The position numbers and the translations under genes are program-made. A model generated the notes under the pieces. That model saw only the letters and a program-made list of their open reading frames with translations. It was not told where the DNA came from and searched no databases. This document shows, piece after piece, positions 13,669-25,018 of a DNA stretch of 64,000 nucleotides. This stretch comes from Octopus sinensis (lineage: Eukaryota). The first letter of the stretch is position 1. The number at the start of each line of letters is the position of its first letter. The stretch is taken from NCBI RefSeq assembly GCF_006345805.1, contig NC_042998.1, positions 25,792,001 through 25,856,000 of the forward strand. Direction: 5' to 3'.

Positions 13669-13690
13669 TCACTGCCTGGAATCGAACTCG
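12975..13690 (-). mobile_element. Family A HHR-bearing tRNA-SINE-like element, interrupted by an S1 SINE
   Basis: 3' end TACAGTTCTATATTTAAGAGATGAGGAATTA at 12975-13005, resumes at 13432; HHR motif 13490-13535; (ATT)n; partial B-box head ending 13690. Confidence 0.85.
13006..13431 (-). mobile_element. S1 SINE nested in family A element
   Basis: Complete head-to-tail match to other S1 copies. Confidence 0.9.
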
Positions 13691-13711
13691 TATATATAAA
13701 TATATATATAT

Positions 13712-13777
13712 ATCATCATCATCATTATCATTTAACATCTGTTTTCCATGCTAGCATGGGTTGGACGGCTTGACTGA
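13712..13777 (-). mobile_element. Short RTE 3' tail
   Basis: CATCATC..TTTAACATCTGTTTTCCATGCTAGCATGGGTTGGACGG. Confidence 0.8.
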
Positions 13778-14079
13778 GTACAACAATGAAAGTACATTAT
13801 AGACTACGAAAGTAAAAATAAGAAAAAGATTTTCACAATTCTATGTCTTATTAAAAAGAAAAAGAAAAAATTGGATCTCTCACCCCTCTACAATTTTCCC
13901 AGGCCCCACTGGTGAGGCATATGCCCCATGCTGGGAATTACTACTGTAGACTCTGTAAAGTGGTCGGTATTAAGGGGGGGCGTATCCAGCTGTGAAAAAA
14001 AACATGCATAAAAAGACAGCAGTGCTCAGTGGAGTCGTCTGACTCGTCAGTTTCTGTCAAACCAACCAAACAGATATAC

Positions 14080-14182
14080 TATGATGATGATGATGAGGAG
14101 GAGGAGGAGGAGGATGACGATGATGATGACGATGATGACGACAATGACGACGACGACAACCACGATGACGATGACGATGATG
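14080..14182. repeat. (GAT/GAG/GAC)n microsatellite
   Basis: Direct inspection. Confidence 0.9.
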
Positions 14183-15051
14183 GTAGGTATGTATTAGTGT
14201 TTGTGTGTATGCATGTGAATCCAACTGTGATTGGTCAATGTTTACGTTTACACTAGTCTACAAAAAAAAATAATAAACACAACTATTCATTTTTTTATAA
14301 TCTGTTTCTCCTCTGCCCTGTAACTTCGCAGACTGACAAATAAAATAAAATTTAATAAAGTTAGTAGCAGACTTGAAGTAAGTATTAAGGTCAATACAAT
14401 TGGCTAAAACCCTTGTAGGAAGTGACCCAGCACTTCTCTGCAATCCAATAACTGAAACTAATAAAACAGGAAAAATAAAAACAATATTACTTATTGAAAT
14501 CAGACATAACTACAGAATGGTTGAGATTAATATAACAACATGTTTAATGTTTGCTTCAATAATACAGTCAGTCATGCAGCTAAAAATTGATTTATTTCGC
14601 GATAGTTTGCAGAACTGCAGTTTGTATAAAGAATAAACATTTGAAATAAACCGATTTCAGAGAATATACATACATCAGAAAATTAATGCACTGTCACATG
14701 TTTAGCTGCTCTAAAAATATTATTTCCTTCTTTTTTTTTTTGCCTTTTTTTTTCCTTTTTTTTTGCTCCATGTATTCTACATGTATTACAATGTACTTAA
14801 AACACCTCAGACGACTATTGATGTGCTTACATAATATAATAATTCCAGTATAAAATTTGTCTCGTTGCCTGGTTTCTAAAGCATTAGGAATCATTACACA
14901 TCGTCATCATTGTTTAACGATTCCATGCTGCCATTGGGTTGGATGGTTTGGTAAGTTCTGAAGAGTTAAAGGACCATGTTATGCCCCGCTGTCTACTTTG
15001 ACGAGGTTTCTCTGACCGGATGTCCTTCCTAAAGCCAACTACCTCAGAATG

Positions 15052-15454
15052 TACTCATTTTACTCTTTTACTTGTTTCAGTTAGTTGACTGTGGCCATGC
15101 TGGAGCACCGCCTATAGTCGAGCAAATTGACCCCAGGACTTATTCTTTGTAAGCCTAGTACTTATTCTATCGGCCTCTTTTGCCGAACCGCTAAGTTACG
15201 GGGACATAAACACACCAGCATCAGTTGTCAAGTGATGTTGGGGGACAAACACAGACACACAAACACACACACACACACACACACATATACATATATACGA
15301 CGGGCTTCTTTCTGTTTCCATCTACCAAATCTACTCACAAGGCTTTGGTCAGCCCAAGGCTATAGTAGAAAACACTTGCCCAAGGTGCCACACAGTGGGA
15401 CTGAACCCAGAACCATGTGGTTGGTAAGCAAGCTACTTACCACACAGCCACTCC
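15052..15454 (-). mobile_element. S1 SINE (preceded by decayed RTE tail 14900-15050)
   Basis: Match to other S1 copies. Confidence 0.9.
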
Positions 15455-15529
15455 TATTCATTGCAATAGCACTAGTGAAGATCACCTCATAACTTGCAAG
15501 GTTAAGGACCTTACATGGCCCCTATAACT

Positions 15530-16150
15530 AAAGTAGAGCAGAGAAGAGGGTGGGTAGTGATGCTGGGATGAGGGAGGGACGGTACGATGAGAGGATGAAG
15601 TGAAAATATATCAGGAAACAGGGGAGACTGAAAAGGTTAGTGACAGGGGTCATTGAGAAAAGTGGTGACTTAGTAGAAAGGTAATAAGGCGGATTGTGTA
15701 GTGATATGATAAGGGGTTAGCATGGAGAGAGAGGGAAGGAGCAATATACTAGGGTAGAGTGGAATCCTGAAATGAAATTACTGAAAGGAAAAGAGATTTG
15801 GTGGTTGTGGGGGTAGGTCAGGGGGTGAAAGATGAAAAAAGGGGATGAGGACGTGGAGTTGCTATGGGGAGAAAGCAAGCAGACGATAAGGGGCAGTGGG
15901 TGAATGCAGTGAGGGGAAAAGGCACTGAATGATCCCATAGAGGTGGGAAGAGAGGGAAGAGCAGAGTGTGAATGCCTCGGAAGCATCCCAGATGGGGAAG
16001 TAATGGAGAGGGTGGAGATATACCAGGAGGAGGGAGATGAATAGGTGATGCAATGAGTGCACTGAGATATACGGACAAGTCCTGTGTGGGAAAGAATGGC
16101 TAGAGGCATCCTAGAGGTGCAAGTGAAATAATGGTAAGAGTAGATGTTCA
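15530..16150 (-). pseudogene. Possible highly decayed Penelope-like element C-terminal (GIY-YIG-region) remnant
   Basis: Strongly purine-skewed plus strand; minus-strand peptides HYFTCTS and DLSVY...LLPHLGCFRGIH loosely resemble PLE endonuclease-region motifs; recognition is weak. Confidence 0.3.
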
Positions 16151-17810
16151 GCAGTACTTTTGTAACACATTTTCTTACCTTTAACTCATTATCCACCCTT
16201 ACACCTCTGAAATTCCATCCACTGTTTCCCCCTACCCCCCTCTATCTTCCACATCTGAGATGTTATTGTAGCATTCATACACTGCTCTTCCTGCCTTTAT
16301 AGTGCTCTTTAGCATCTCTTTTTTCTCATTGCTTTCATTGCAGTCAACAACTAACTGCCCCTCATCATTTGCCTCTTGCCCCACATAAAAGATAGCAGAG
16401 GATGAGGAGCAGTAGGTGTGGAATAAATATGAAAAACAGAATATAATTCTAACATTATTTGTAATTCAATTTTGTTTTCCTAGAATTGAATTCAGAATTT
16501 ATTTCATTATAGCAATATATGGTTTAGTAAATATTTTATAGAACAAAAAAGGAAGAAAAGAAGAAAGAAAGAGAAAATGTTTAGGAAATTAATTTGAGAA
16601 ATTGGTAATAACATAAAATATTTATACTTGAATAGTCACAAACAAATGTTTGGTATATTACTCAAATATTATTGTACAAATTATATGTGTAACAGTACAT
16701 GTAAAATGGTAAATTGGTAAAGAGATCTTGGAACTTAAAAGATTTCATAAAATAAAATAGGAACTGAATTTTTTTTTTTTTTTTATTTGTAAATTTTATT
16801 TTGGTGTTAAAATAGGATAACAATTTAAAGAATCTTCAATAACTTGCAATTTTCGTACTTACATGAAATTAGTAAATTCCTCAATTGCTAAGTTGGAAAA
16901 TATTGAATTATGATCTAAGCAACCAAATGGCTAATCAAATTGTTAAATTGATAGTAATGATTTTGTTTACAGAAATTTCCATTTCAAAACTGAATAACTT
17001 GCACAAAACACAGAATAATTTGCAAAAATAAAATTTTTACATTTGTTGGAAAGAGAATGCATGAAAGAGAACCAAGGCAAACATTTTTTGGTGTAACTAT
17101 CAAAATATTCTTTTATGAATCAATTAAAAAGAAAATTTTGACTTGATTAGAAAGAAAATATAGAATATATTGATTTCATTTGGCTAAGCAAAAGACCAAT
17201 TTTATGGAGACGGGGTATAGTCAATTGAACCAATTCCAGTATATTATTAATGCTGTAAGGTGGAAAGTCAAAGAAAATTCTAGAGTAAATTCTAAGTTGA
17301 GAAAGGTGTTTGTTTATTGTTTTGTTGTTTCTGACATCTCTCCATCCTCATAAAAAGGAAGAGTTTTGGAAAAAGAAAAAGAAAATAGGGACTATTGTAG
17401 TTAATGAAGTATAATTATGAGCTTCTCTTTGATGAATCTTTCAGTGAGGAAACTTTGTGTTGTCAGTTTCTGTTCAATTTACAAAGAGGTTAATGAATAA
17501 ATACTAAGGAAATAATAAAGGCAATATATGGAGAAAGAAAGAGAGAGAGAGACTAGCATTTAATTTAAGCCTGAAAATTTTGTCAAAAAATCTTTACATG
17601 TCAAATCTCTGCAATATATAGAACACTTAGTTTATTGCCTTTAGATAAAACAACTTATATACCATAAAATAACTCTGAAGAAATTTAAAATGCATTTGGC
17701 AAATTTATTTTAGTAATCTAAGCCCAAACCATTTAAAATCATCCCTTTAAATAAATAATACTTCAAAATTGGTAGGAATATGTCATAGCTGCTATATTAG
17801 AATAAAGTAT

Positions 17811-17981
17811 AGTTCTATATTTAAGAGATGAAGAATTACATACATTATTTACATTTGACGGATATTTGTCCTCATCTTGTTTGCTGTTAACACAACATTT
17901 CGGTTGATATAACCTCCAGCCTTCATCAGGTGTCTTGTGGAAATTTCAAACCTGGGCTCTCGTTCCTATGGTATTTTTCGA

Positions 17982-18014
<33 letters not shown>

Positions 18015-18359
18015 CATTATTATTTATTATTATTCATGTCACTGCCTGGAATCGAACTCGGAATCTTGGGGTAAGTAGGCCACGCTCTTAACCCATATGC
18101 CATATGTCCTGGCATATGGCGTAGTGGTTAAGAGCACGGCCTACTAACCCCAAGATTCCGAGTTCGATTCCAGGCAGTGACCTGAATAATAATAAATAAT
18201 AATAACAACAACAACAAAAAATACTTTAGGAAGGAGAATCCAGGTTCAAAATTTCCCCAAGACACCTGAGGATGTCTGGAGGGTATATCAGCCAAAACGT
18301 TGTGTTAACGACAAACAAGATGAGGACAAATATCCGTCAAATGTAAATAATGTAAATGA
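17811..18359. mobile_element. Family A head-to-head inverted dimer
   Basis: Minus arm 17811-18109, plus arm 18111-18359; tRNA-like A box TGGCGTAGTGG (18117-18127) and B box GAGTTCGATTC (18160-18170); HHR motifs 17889-17934 and 18261-18306; 12 bp TSD AGAATAAAGTAT at 17799-17810 and 18360-18371. Confidence 0.9.
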
Positions 18360-18803
18360 AGAATAAAGTATGTCACATACAGAGTTAATTAAAATGTGGG
18401 AAATAATGAAAATTTGAAGTACTAAGTTAGCTTGACAACTTACATACCTACAGCATGAGAATTGTTGTTATAAACGGTTAAATTACATGACAATTTGACA
18501 AAATTAATTTCACAAAACCTGAATGTATTTATTGATGTATCAAAATATAACATTAAACTAAATATGATAGCAGACAATAGTTATCTAAAAAGCTTGGCAG
18601 GACGTAACTAGCTTGATTTTTAGAAAAAGAAAAGCTAAGGATTTTATTGACAAAATAATTTGCTTCTTTGATTTTGTATTGTTTTTTTTAAATTTCTTTC
18701 TTCTTTTTCTACTGTATAAAGAAATATTGATAAGACACTAACCTTACAACTTTATTGATAAGTCAGATTGTGTGATATTCTCAAGAGTATTAATAACATT
18801 GGG

Positions 18804-18957
18804 GTAGGAGTGGCTGTGTGGTAAGTAGCTTGCTGACAAACTACATGGTTCCAGGTTCTGTCCCATTGCGTGGCACCTTGGTCAAGTGTCTTCTACTATA
18901 GCCTCAGGCTGACCAAGTGAGTGGATTTGGTAGACAGAAACTGAAAGAAGCCCACCG

Positions 18958-19017
<60 letters not shown>

Positions 19018-19260
19018 GTGTGTGTGTGTGTATGTGTGTGTATATGTTTGTGTGTCTGTGTTTGTTCCCCAAACATCGCTTGACAACTGATGCTGGTGTG
19101 TTTACATCCCCGTAACTTAGCGGTTCAGCAAAAAATACCAATAGAATAATTTCAAGGCTTACAAAGAATAAGTCCTGGGGTCGATTTGCTCGACTAAAGG
19201 CGGTGCTCCAGCATGGCCACAGTCAACTGACTGAAACAAGTAAAAGAGTAAAGGAGAGTA
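18804..19260 (+). mobile_element. S1 SINE
   Basis: Match to other S1 copies. Confidence 0.9.
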
Positions 19261-19384
19261 TTAATAACATATATAAATTCGTTAGTAACTGCAGGTCAAA
19301 AGTAAATCATGTGCTCAGTTTACTGAGTGATTAAGTTATTCATCTCTTAGTCAATGGTTGTTTCATTCATATTTTTTTTCATAC

Positions 19385-19524
19385 CAGTATTAGTCAGATG
19401 AATCTTGATGAACCAATTACTGTTCTTGAAGGTTTCCCTTCCAGCTACAAAACACTTCTCAATAGGAGAAAATCTTGCTTCGTCAGCCAGAAAAAACTAG
19501 GGCATGCAGTGCCTCTTCTACTTG
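19385..19524 (-). CDS. Candidate host exon (needs a 1-nt homopolymer correction); product unrecognised
   Basis: Acceptor TTAATTATTTCAG| and donor CTG|GTATGA; reads QVEEALHALVF-LADEARFSPIEKCFVAGRETFKNSNWFIKIHLTNT if one T of a T6 run is removed. Confidence 0.25.
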
Positions 19525-20264
19525 CTGAAATAATTAAAATAATATTAGTTATTGACTAATATTGCTTTTCCTTCTGCATAATTATTTCTAATTAGCTTTT
19601 TAATATTCACTGCATTAAAAAGTAAATCAATAACTTAAGTATCGTTTTTCATGCAGAAGAATTCTTGAATTGTTTATTCTCAAAGACATCCCACCTGGAA
19701 TTACGTCCAACACAATGGTTATAGTAGTATTCGAACAGATCGTCATGTAATAAGTATTCCTGTGCATTAATTTTCCAGCTATTGTATCAGTTAGATGAAA
19801 ACATCTTTATATCTCTGATGGTGAATATTTTTAGAGATGATGTGACTGAAAGTTTTGATAGAAAATGTCATTTGAGTGGACACACTTCTGTTTAACAGTT
19901 AACATTACTAAACAGCATATTTTGAGTCTTTCAAAACATTGTCAGTTTGATTAAATTCAGCAGATTGGCACAATATAGCATTGCTCTGTTAATCTGTCAA
20001 GAAATATGATAACCAACATTGGGGCAAGGACACAGCTTTACTTGACACCATTTGCCACAGTATAAGAACACGGTAGAAGGACATAGCTTTACTTGACACC
20101 ATTTGCCACAGTACAAAATTCAGTCATGGTTTCATTTTGAAGTTTCCTATTCCATTTCGTGAAGTATACTGTGTCTGTGAGAAGGACACGTAACTGCCAC
20201 TAGCTTCCGTCATCAAATTAAAAATAAGCATTGCAAGGATTACAAGTCTTATATATATATCAAT

Positions 20265-20484
20265 AATAATAAAGGGTAAAATTAATTAATTAACTAGTAA
20301 TTAATAATTCCACCAAGTAGAATTTGGCATGTTTTTCATCTCTTTCTGTAGGTTATTTCGAGTATTTTGTTTTGTCCGGGAGTCTCTTCTTATAGTAGAA
20401 GAAGTAGCTAAGGTTCTTTGGCTGCTATTTCTAAAGTTCGGTATGTGGTAAAGCAAATCTTTGCTGAACCCTAATTATAATTAT
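20265..20484. mobile_element. Unclassified repeat sharing its terminus with the 5776-5952 palindrome
   Basis: TTTGGCTGCTATTTCTAAA...GGTATGTGG...CCCTAATTATAATTA shared; similar end near 54360-54425. Confidence 0.6.
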
Positions 20485-20502
20485 ACTCGTATTTATAAAA
20501 TA

Positions 20503-21319
20503 CTAGCATTAAAGACCCGTCGTTGCCGGGTCATAGTGCTAGTGCATGTATATATGTGTATATATCACATGTACATTTATATATATACATCTACACATAA
20601 AATACAAAATACAAAGTTATATCTTGATATTGCTAGTGATAACAATACTCAAAATATATAACAGACTGGAATTGTTAGCCCGTCTCTTGTAATTTCGATC
20701 AATTGTATCTTGTCCTCCCTCTTGTATAGAAGTGTGGCTACAATCCAGCCTACCTCTACTTCGGGGGGGGGGGGGGGCAATTTTTAATTTTTTTTGCGGG
20801 ACGTCCTACATCCCAGATATAAAGGTAAAAATAAAATATTTCCACTTTGCAAGTTCGAGTCGAGTACTCCCTTGTACGCTCTGTTGACTCAAACCTTGCT
20901 TCTATTGTGGCGAATTTACCACCTCTGATTAGATATCTTTATTCCCATTCATGTGAAACCACTTATTCAAGTTCAAGTCATTGATGCAATTTTATACCAA
21001 TTGCTATTGTTACTTTTGTTATGTTACGATCATATTATACTTTAGTTTGATTTTAATTATTACTTACTACATATAATTCAATTGTTATTATTATTTTTAT
21101 TGTTAAAGTGAAAGTATCTGACATAAAATAGAGAAATATTTTTGTTTCACTTTTAACACGTTATACTGAAATAGTGGAGAAGATATGATATTGCTATGGG
21201 CTCACTCTAGGCAAGAAGTCGAACATTTTTTTGCCCATGAAACTACATGGACCCTAAGTAAGGCATGTGTAAAATTTGAATGAAATTGGTTGTGTAGTTC
21301 CCAAATTTTAGGGAAACAC

Positions 21320-21362
<43 letters not shown>

Positions 21363-21390
21363 CACATTCTCAGTTTTATATTTATAATGA
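20503..21390 (-). mobile_element. Non-autonomous Helitron
   Basis: Minus strand A|TC start at 21390, (GTCT)n near the 5' end, subterminal hairpin ACCCGGCAACGACGGGT, CTAG|T end at 20503. Confidence 0.8.
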
Positions 21391-21418
21391 TTATATATAT
21401 GTTGTGATTCCGTTTAGC

Positions 21419-22250
21419 AATCTTCTTCTTCTTCTTTAGGTCCATTGGTCCCTTTGAGCGGCACATCGGGTAGTTGGTGATTGACAATTATCTCCATCTC
21501 TGGCCGACCAGTATGCTGCTTCCTAGATGATGTTCGGTCTGTGTAATTCTCCTTTGAAGGTACTATGCCATGTCTTCCTCAGCCAGCCTCCTTTTCTCTT
21601 ACCTTCCAGCAGCATCCATCCCATTGCTGTTTTGGCAGTCTTAGTATGTGTCCTGTGGAGGCGCAATGGCCCAGTGGTTATGGCAGCGGACTCGCGGTCG
21701 TAGGATCGCGGTTTCGATTCCCAGACCGGGCGTTGTGAGTGTTTATTGAGCAAAAACGCCTAAAGCTCCACGAAGCTCCGGCAGGGGATGGTGGTGATCC
21801 CTGCTGTACTCTTTCACCACAACTTTCTCTCACTCTTACTTCCTGTTTCTGTTGTACCTGTATTTCAAGGGGCCGGCCTTGTCACTCTCTGTGTCACGCT
21901 GATTATCCCTGAGAACTACGTCAAGGGTGCATGTGTCTGTGGAGTGCTCAGCCACTTACACGTTAATTTCACGAGCAGGCTGTTCCGTTGATTCGGATCA
22001 ACCGGAACCCTCATCGTCGTAACCGACGGAGTGCTTCCATCCAGTATGTGTCCAGCCATTTTCATTCATCATTCAGTTACAATAGCATGCAGGGGCCTTA
22101 CACTTGCTGCTTGGAGAATGGCTTCATTTGTCACTCTGTCTCAATAAGCGATTCTTAGGATCTTTCTGAGGTATCACTGATGAAACATGTCAAGTTGGCA
22201 GCTGATTTTTGCTGTAACAATAGCAGTACCAATAACCAAAATTAGTAAAA
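21419..22250 (-). mobile_element. Decayed RTE-clade LINE 3' end with (GAA)n tail, split by an S2 SINE
   Basis: Minus strand reads LRKILRIAY*DRVTNEAIL..AGHILRLPK..EGKRKGG..RKTW, RTE-like. Confidence 0.7.
21654..22042 (+). mobile_element. Full-length S2 tRNA-headed SINE
   Basis: A box TGGCCCAGTGG, B-box-like GGTTTCGATTCCC; 11 bp TSD AGTATGTGTCC at 21643-21653 and 22043-22053. Confidence 0.9.
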
Positions 22251-22489
22251 TCTAGCAGTGAGGAGGTGTGAGTTGTATTTGAAGAAGCTATAAGTTGGTG
22301 CATCAGTGACACTGAATTGTGAATGCATGGTTTCTTAAGACCAAAACAGCTTTATACTAATGGACGTGAGTATGAAACTCCTGTTCTTTTGTTATTCATT
22401 TGTTTATACATGCGCACACACACACACACACACACATATATACACTCATATCTGTGTATACATATGTATATAAATTTAAGTCACAAAAT

Positions 22490-22917
22490 CTACTCTTACT
22501 CTCTTTTACTCTTTTACTTGTTTCAGTCATTTGACTGCAGCCATGCTGGAGCACCGCCTTTAATTGAGCAACTCGACCCCGGGACTTATTCTTTGTAAGC
22601 CCAGTATTTATTCTATCGGTCTCTTTTGCCGAACCGCTAGGTGACGGGGACATAAACACACCAGCATCAGTTGTCAAGCAATGCTAGTGGGACAAACACA
22701 GACACACAAACATACACACACACACATATATATATATATACACATATATACGATGGGCTTCTTTCAGTTTCCATCTACCAAATCCACTCACAAGGCTTTG
22801 GTCGGCCCGAGGCTATAGTAGAAGACACTTGCCCAAGGTGCCACGCAGTGGGACTGAACCCAGAACCATGTGGTTGGTAAGCAAGCTACTTACCACACAG
22901 CCATTCCTGCGCCTATA
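22490..22917 (-). mobile_element. S1 SINE, full length
   Basis: Match to other S1 copies including the AGGCGCAGGA 5' end. Confidence 0.9.
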
Positions 22918-22997
22918 TGTAGCTTCAAATCTGCATTAATTTGAAATATATTTCTGCATTTTACATTAATGCAGATGTGTAAGTAATTTATTTATTA

Positions 22998-23375
22998 TCT
23001 CTCTATATATAAAGCTGAAGTTGTCTGTGTATGGCAGGTTTGGTAGCTTTCAACTAACACAATCTCCTCCGAGACCCTGTAGTGCAAGTTGACCCAAATT
23101 GAGAGTATGATAGAAGGCTTGCTATTCCTTCTGTAGAAGAAAAAATTCAAATTGGACCATGTTAACACCAAAAATTATTTACATCAAAAAGGTGCTTTTT
23201 TTCTATGAAAATCCCTATTTTTTACTGCTGTGTCATCATTTTTCGGTGTATTTCAACCAGAAAAATGTTCACTTAAAGTGAATGCCACGCTACATAATGC
23301 AAAATTTTTACTTTTCAAAAATTCCAATTCTAAATGGTTGAAACAAACCCGAGCAACGCCTAGCGATACTGCTAG
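22998..23375 (+). mobile_element. Non-autonomous Helitron (second family)
   Basis: A|TCTCTCTATATATAAAG start, ACCCGAGCAACGCC..GCG hairpin region, CTAG|T end; second copy at 35843-36235. Confidence 0.85.
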
Positions 23376-23890
23376 TTAAATATAATAATATAAATAATTT
23401 ACATGTTTTTAAGTTATGAAACAATTTGTCATGATATTTGAATTTTCCTATTACTAAATACAATTTCATCATGTTATTTCTGTCATTTATGACTGTATGC
23501 ATATATGTATGTTATATGTATATATGTATGTTGTATGTATATATGTATGTATATTATTTACATCATAAGAATTTAGTGACAAAGAGACAGGAAATAAATC
23601 ATTTTTAACAACAGAATTTGAAGTAAAATAGAGGTATAAATAATAATCTCTAAATATTAGGTTAAAAACACTTGGAAGTAAAAAGTTGAAGGCTGCCCAT
23701 GGGAAATGAACACACATCTCTTAACATGAGAGACAATCCATCAATTCTTAGAATTTCGCCATCCGTTTTAGACGCTTCATTCTAACCAGCAAGAATCATA
23801 TGTTGTTTACATCATAGGAATGTAAAAACTTTGGAAGACATGAAATAAATATTATATATTACATATTTATATATAATTGTATACATACAT

Positions 23891-23923
<33 letters not shown>

Positions 23924-23930
23924 CACACAG

Positions 23931-24002
23931 TCTTCGGTAGTGTAGTGGTAAGTATCCCCGTCTGTCATGCGGGAGACTGGGGTTCAATTCCCCACCGGGG
24001 AG
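23931..24002 (+). tRNA. trnD: tRNA-Asp(GTC), foldable; gene or young pseudogene
   Basis: TCTTCGG/CCGGGGA acceptor stem, CCCGT-CTGTCAT-GCGGG anticodon arm, TGGGG-TTCAATT-CCCCA T arm, A and B boxes present, T6 terminator just downstream (24010-24015). Confidence 0.75.
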
Positions 24003-24062
24003 GCTCATATTTTTTATAGGCGCAGGAGTGGCTCTGTGGTTAGTATATATATATATACACAG

Positions 24063-24134
24063 TCTTCGGTAGTGTAGTGGTAAGTATCCCCACCTGTCAT
24101 GCAGGAGACTGGGGTTCAATTCCCTGCCGGGGAG
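24063..24134 (+). pseudogene. trnD: tRNA-Asp(GTC) pseudogene (tandem duplicate)
   Basis: Same sequence 132 bp downstream; anticodon stem CCCAC/GCAGG has two mismatches. Confidence 0.8.
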
Positions 24135-24147
24135 GCTCATATTTTTT

Positions 24148-24564
24148 ATAGGCGCAGGAGTGGCTGTGTGGTAAGTAGCTTGCTTACCAACCACATGGTT
24201 CCGGTTTCATTCCCACTGCATGGCACCTTGAGTAAGTGTCTTTTACTTTAGCCTCAGGCCAACCAAAGCCTTGTGAGTGGATTTGGTTGACAGAAACTGA
24301 AAGAAGCCCATTGTATATATGTATATATATATATATGTATGTGTGTGTATATGTTTGAGTATCTGTGTTTGTTCCCCTGACATCACATAACAACTGATGG
24401 TGGTGTGTTTACATCCCCCATAACTTAGCGGTTTGACAAAAGAGACCAATAGAATAAGTACTAGGCTTACAAAGAATAAGTCCTGGGGTTGATTTACTCG
24501 ACTAAAGGTGGTGCTCCAGCATGAATGCAGTCAAATGACTGACACAAGTAAAAGAGTAAAAGAG

Positions 24565-24566
<2 letters not shown>
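24148..24566 (+). mobile_element. S1 SINE, full length, directly behind the tRNA-Asp terminator
   Basis: ATAGGCGCAGGAGTGGCTGTGTGG start; (AAGAGTA)n tail. Confidence 0.9.
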
Positions 24567-24612
<46 letters not shown>

Positions 24613-24810
24613 AATGTTCAATTTATAGGAAAGATCCAGGGGAATAATTACAAGGTAGGCAGATGTCACATAAGTGTCCTAGGAATCGGTGATCACACTT
24701 GTGTGTGAGTTAATTCTGGGGAGAAGTGAGACGTATCTTGGAGAATGTAGGAAAAATTGAAAATAAAGACAAATGCTCAAGATGTTATTAAATCATTTAT
24801 ATCTTCATAT

Positions 24811-24877
24811 CATCGGCATATGCTTCGATGGAGACATTCAAAATAATGTGGAGCCATGCATCAATCTCATCAGGGTG
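24811..24877 (-). ncRNA. Degenerate HHR-like motif (G15.1-C16.1 variant)
   Basis: CACC CTGATGA GATTG..CATC GAA GCATATGC C GATG; stem I has one mismatch. Confidence 0.35.
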
Positions 24878-25018
24878 GATATAAACAACAGTGTGCATCA
24901 ATTAGACAGCTTAACATATGTAAGAAACTAAAATATGTGATGTATATAAATATGAATATATATATATATATACATATAAAACATATATATAAATTTATAT
25001 ATATATATAAAACGTATA

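Noticed and set aside
19650-19990. Multi-UGA (selenoprotein or readthrough) frame on the minus strand
   Set aside because: Contains a TAA as well, no SECIS recognised, and expected by chance in AT-rich DNA
20026-20113. 37 bp direct repeat with a 14 bp spacer
   Set aside because: Only two copies; an ordinary small tandem duplication
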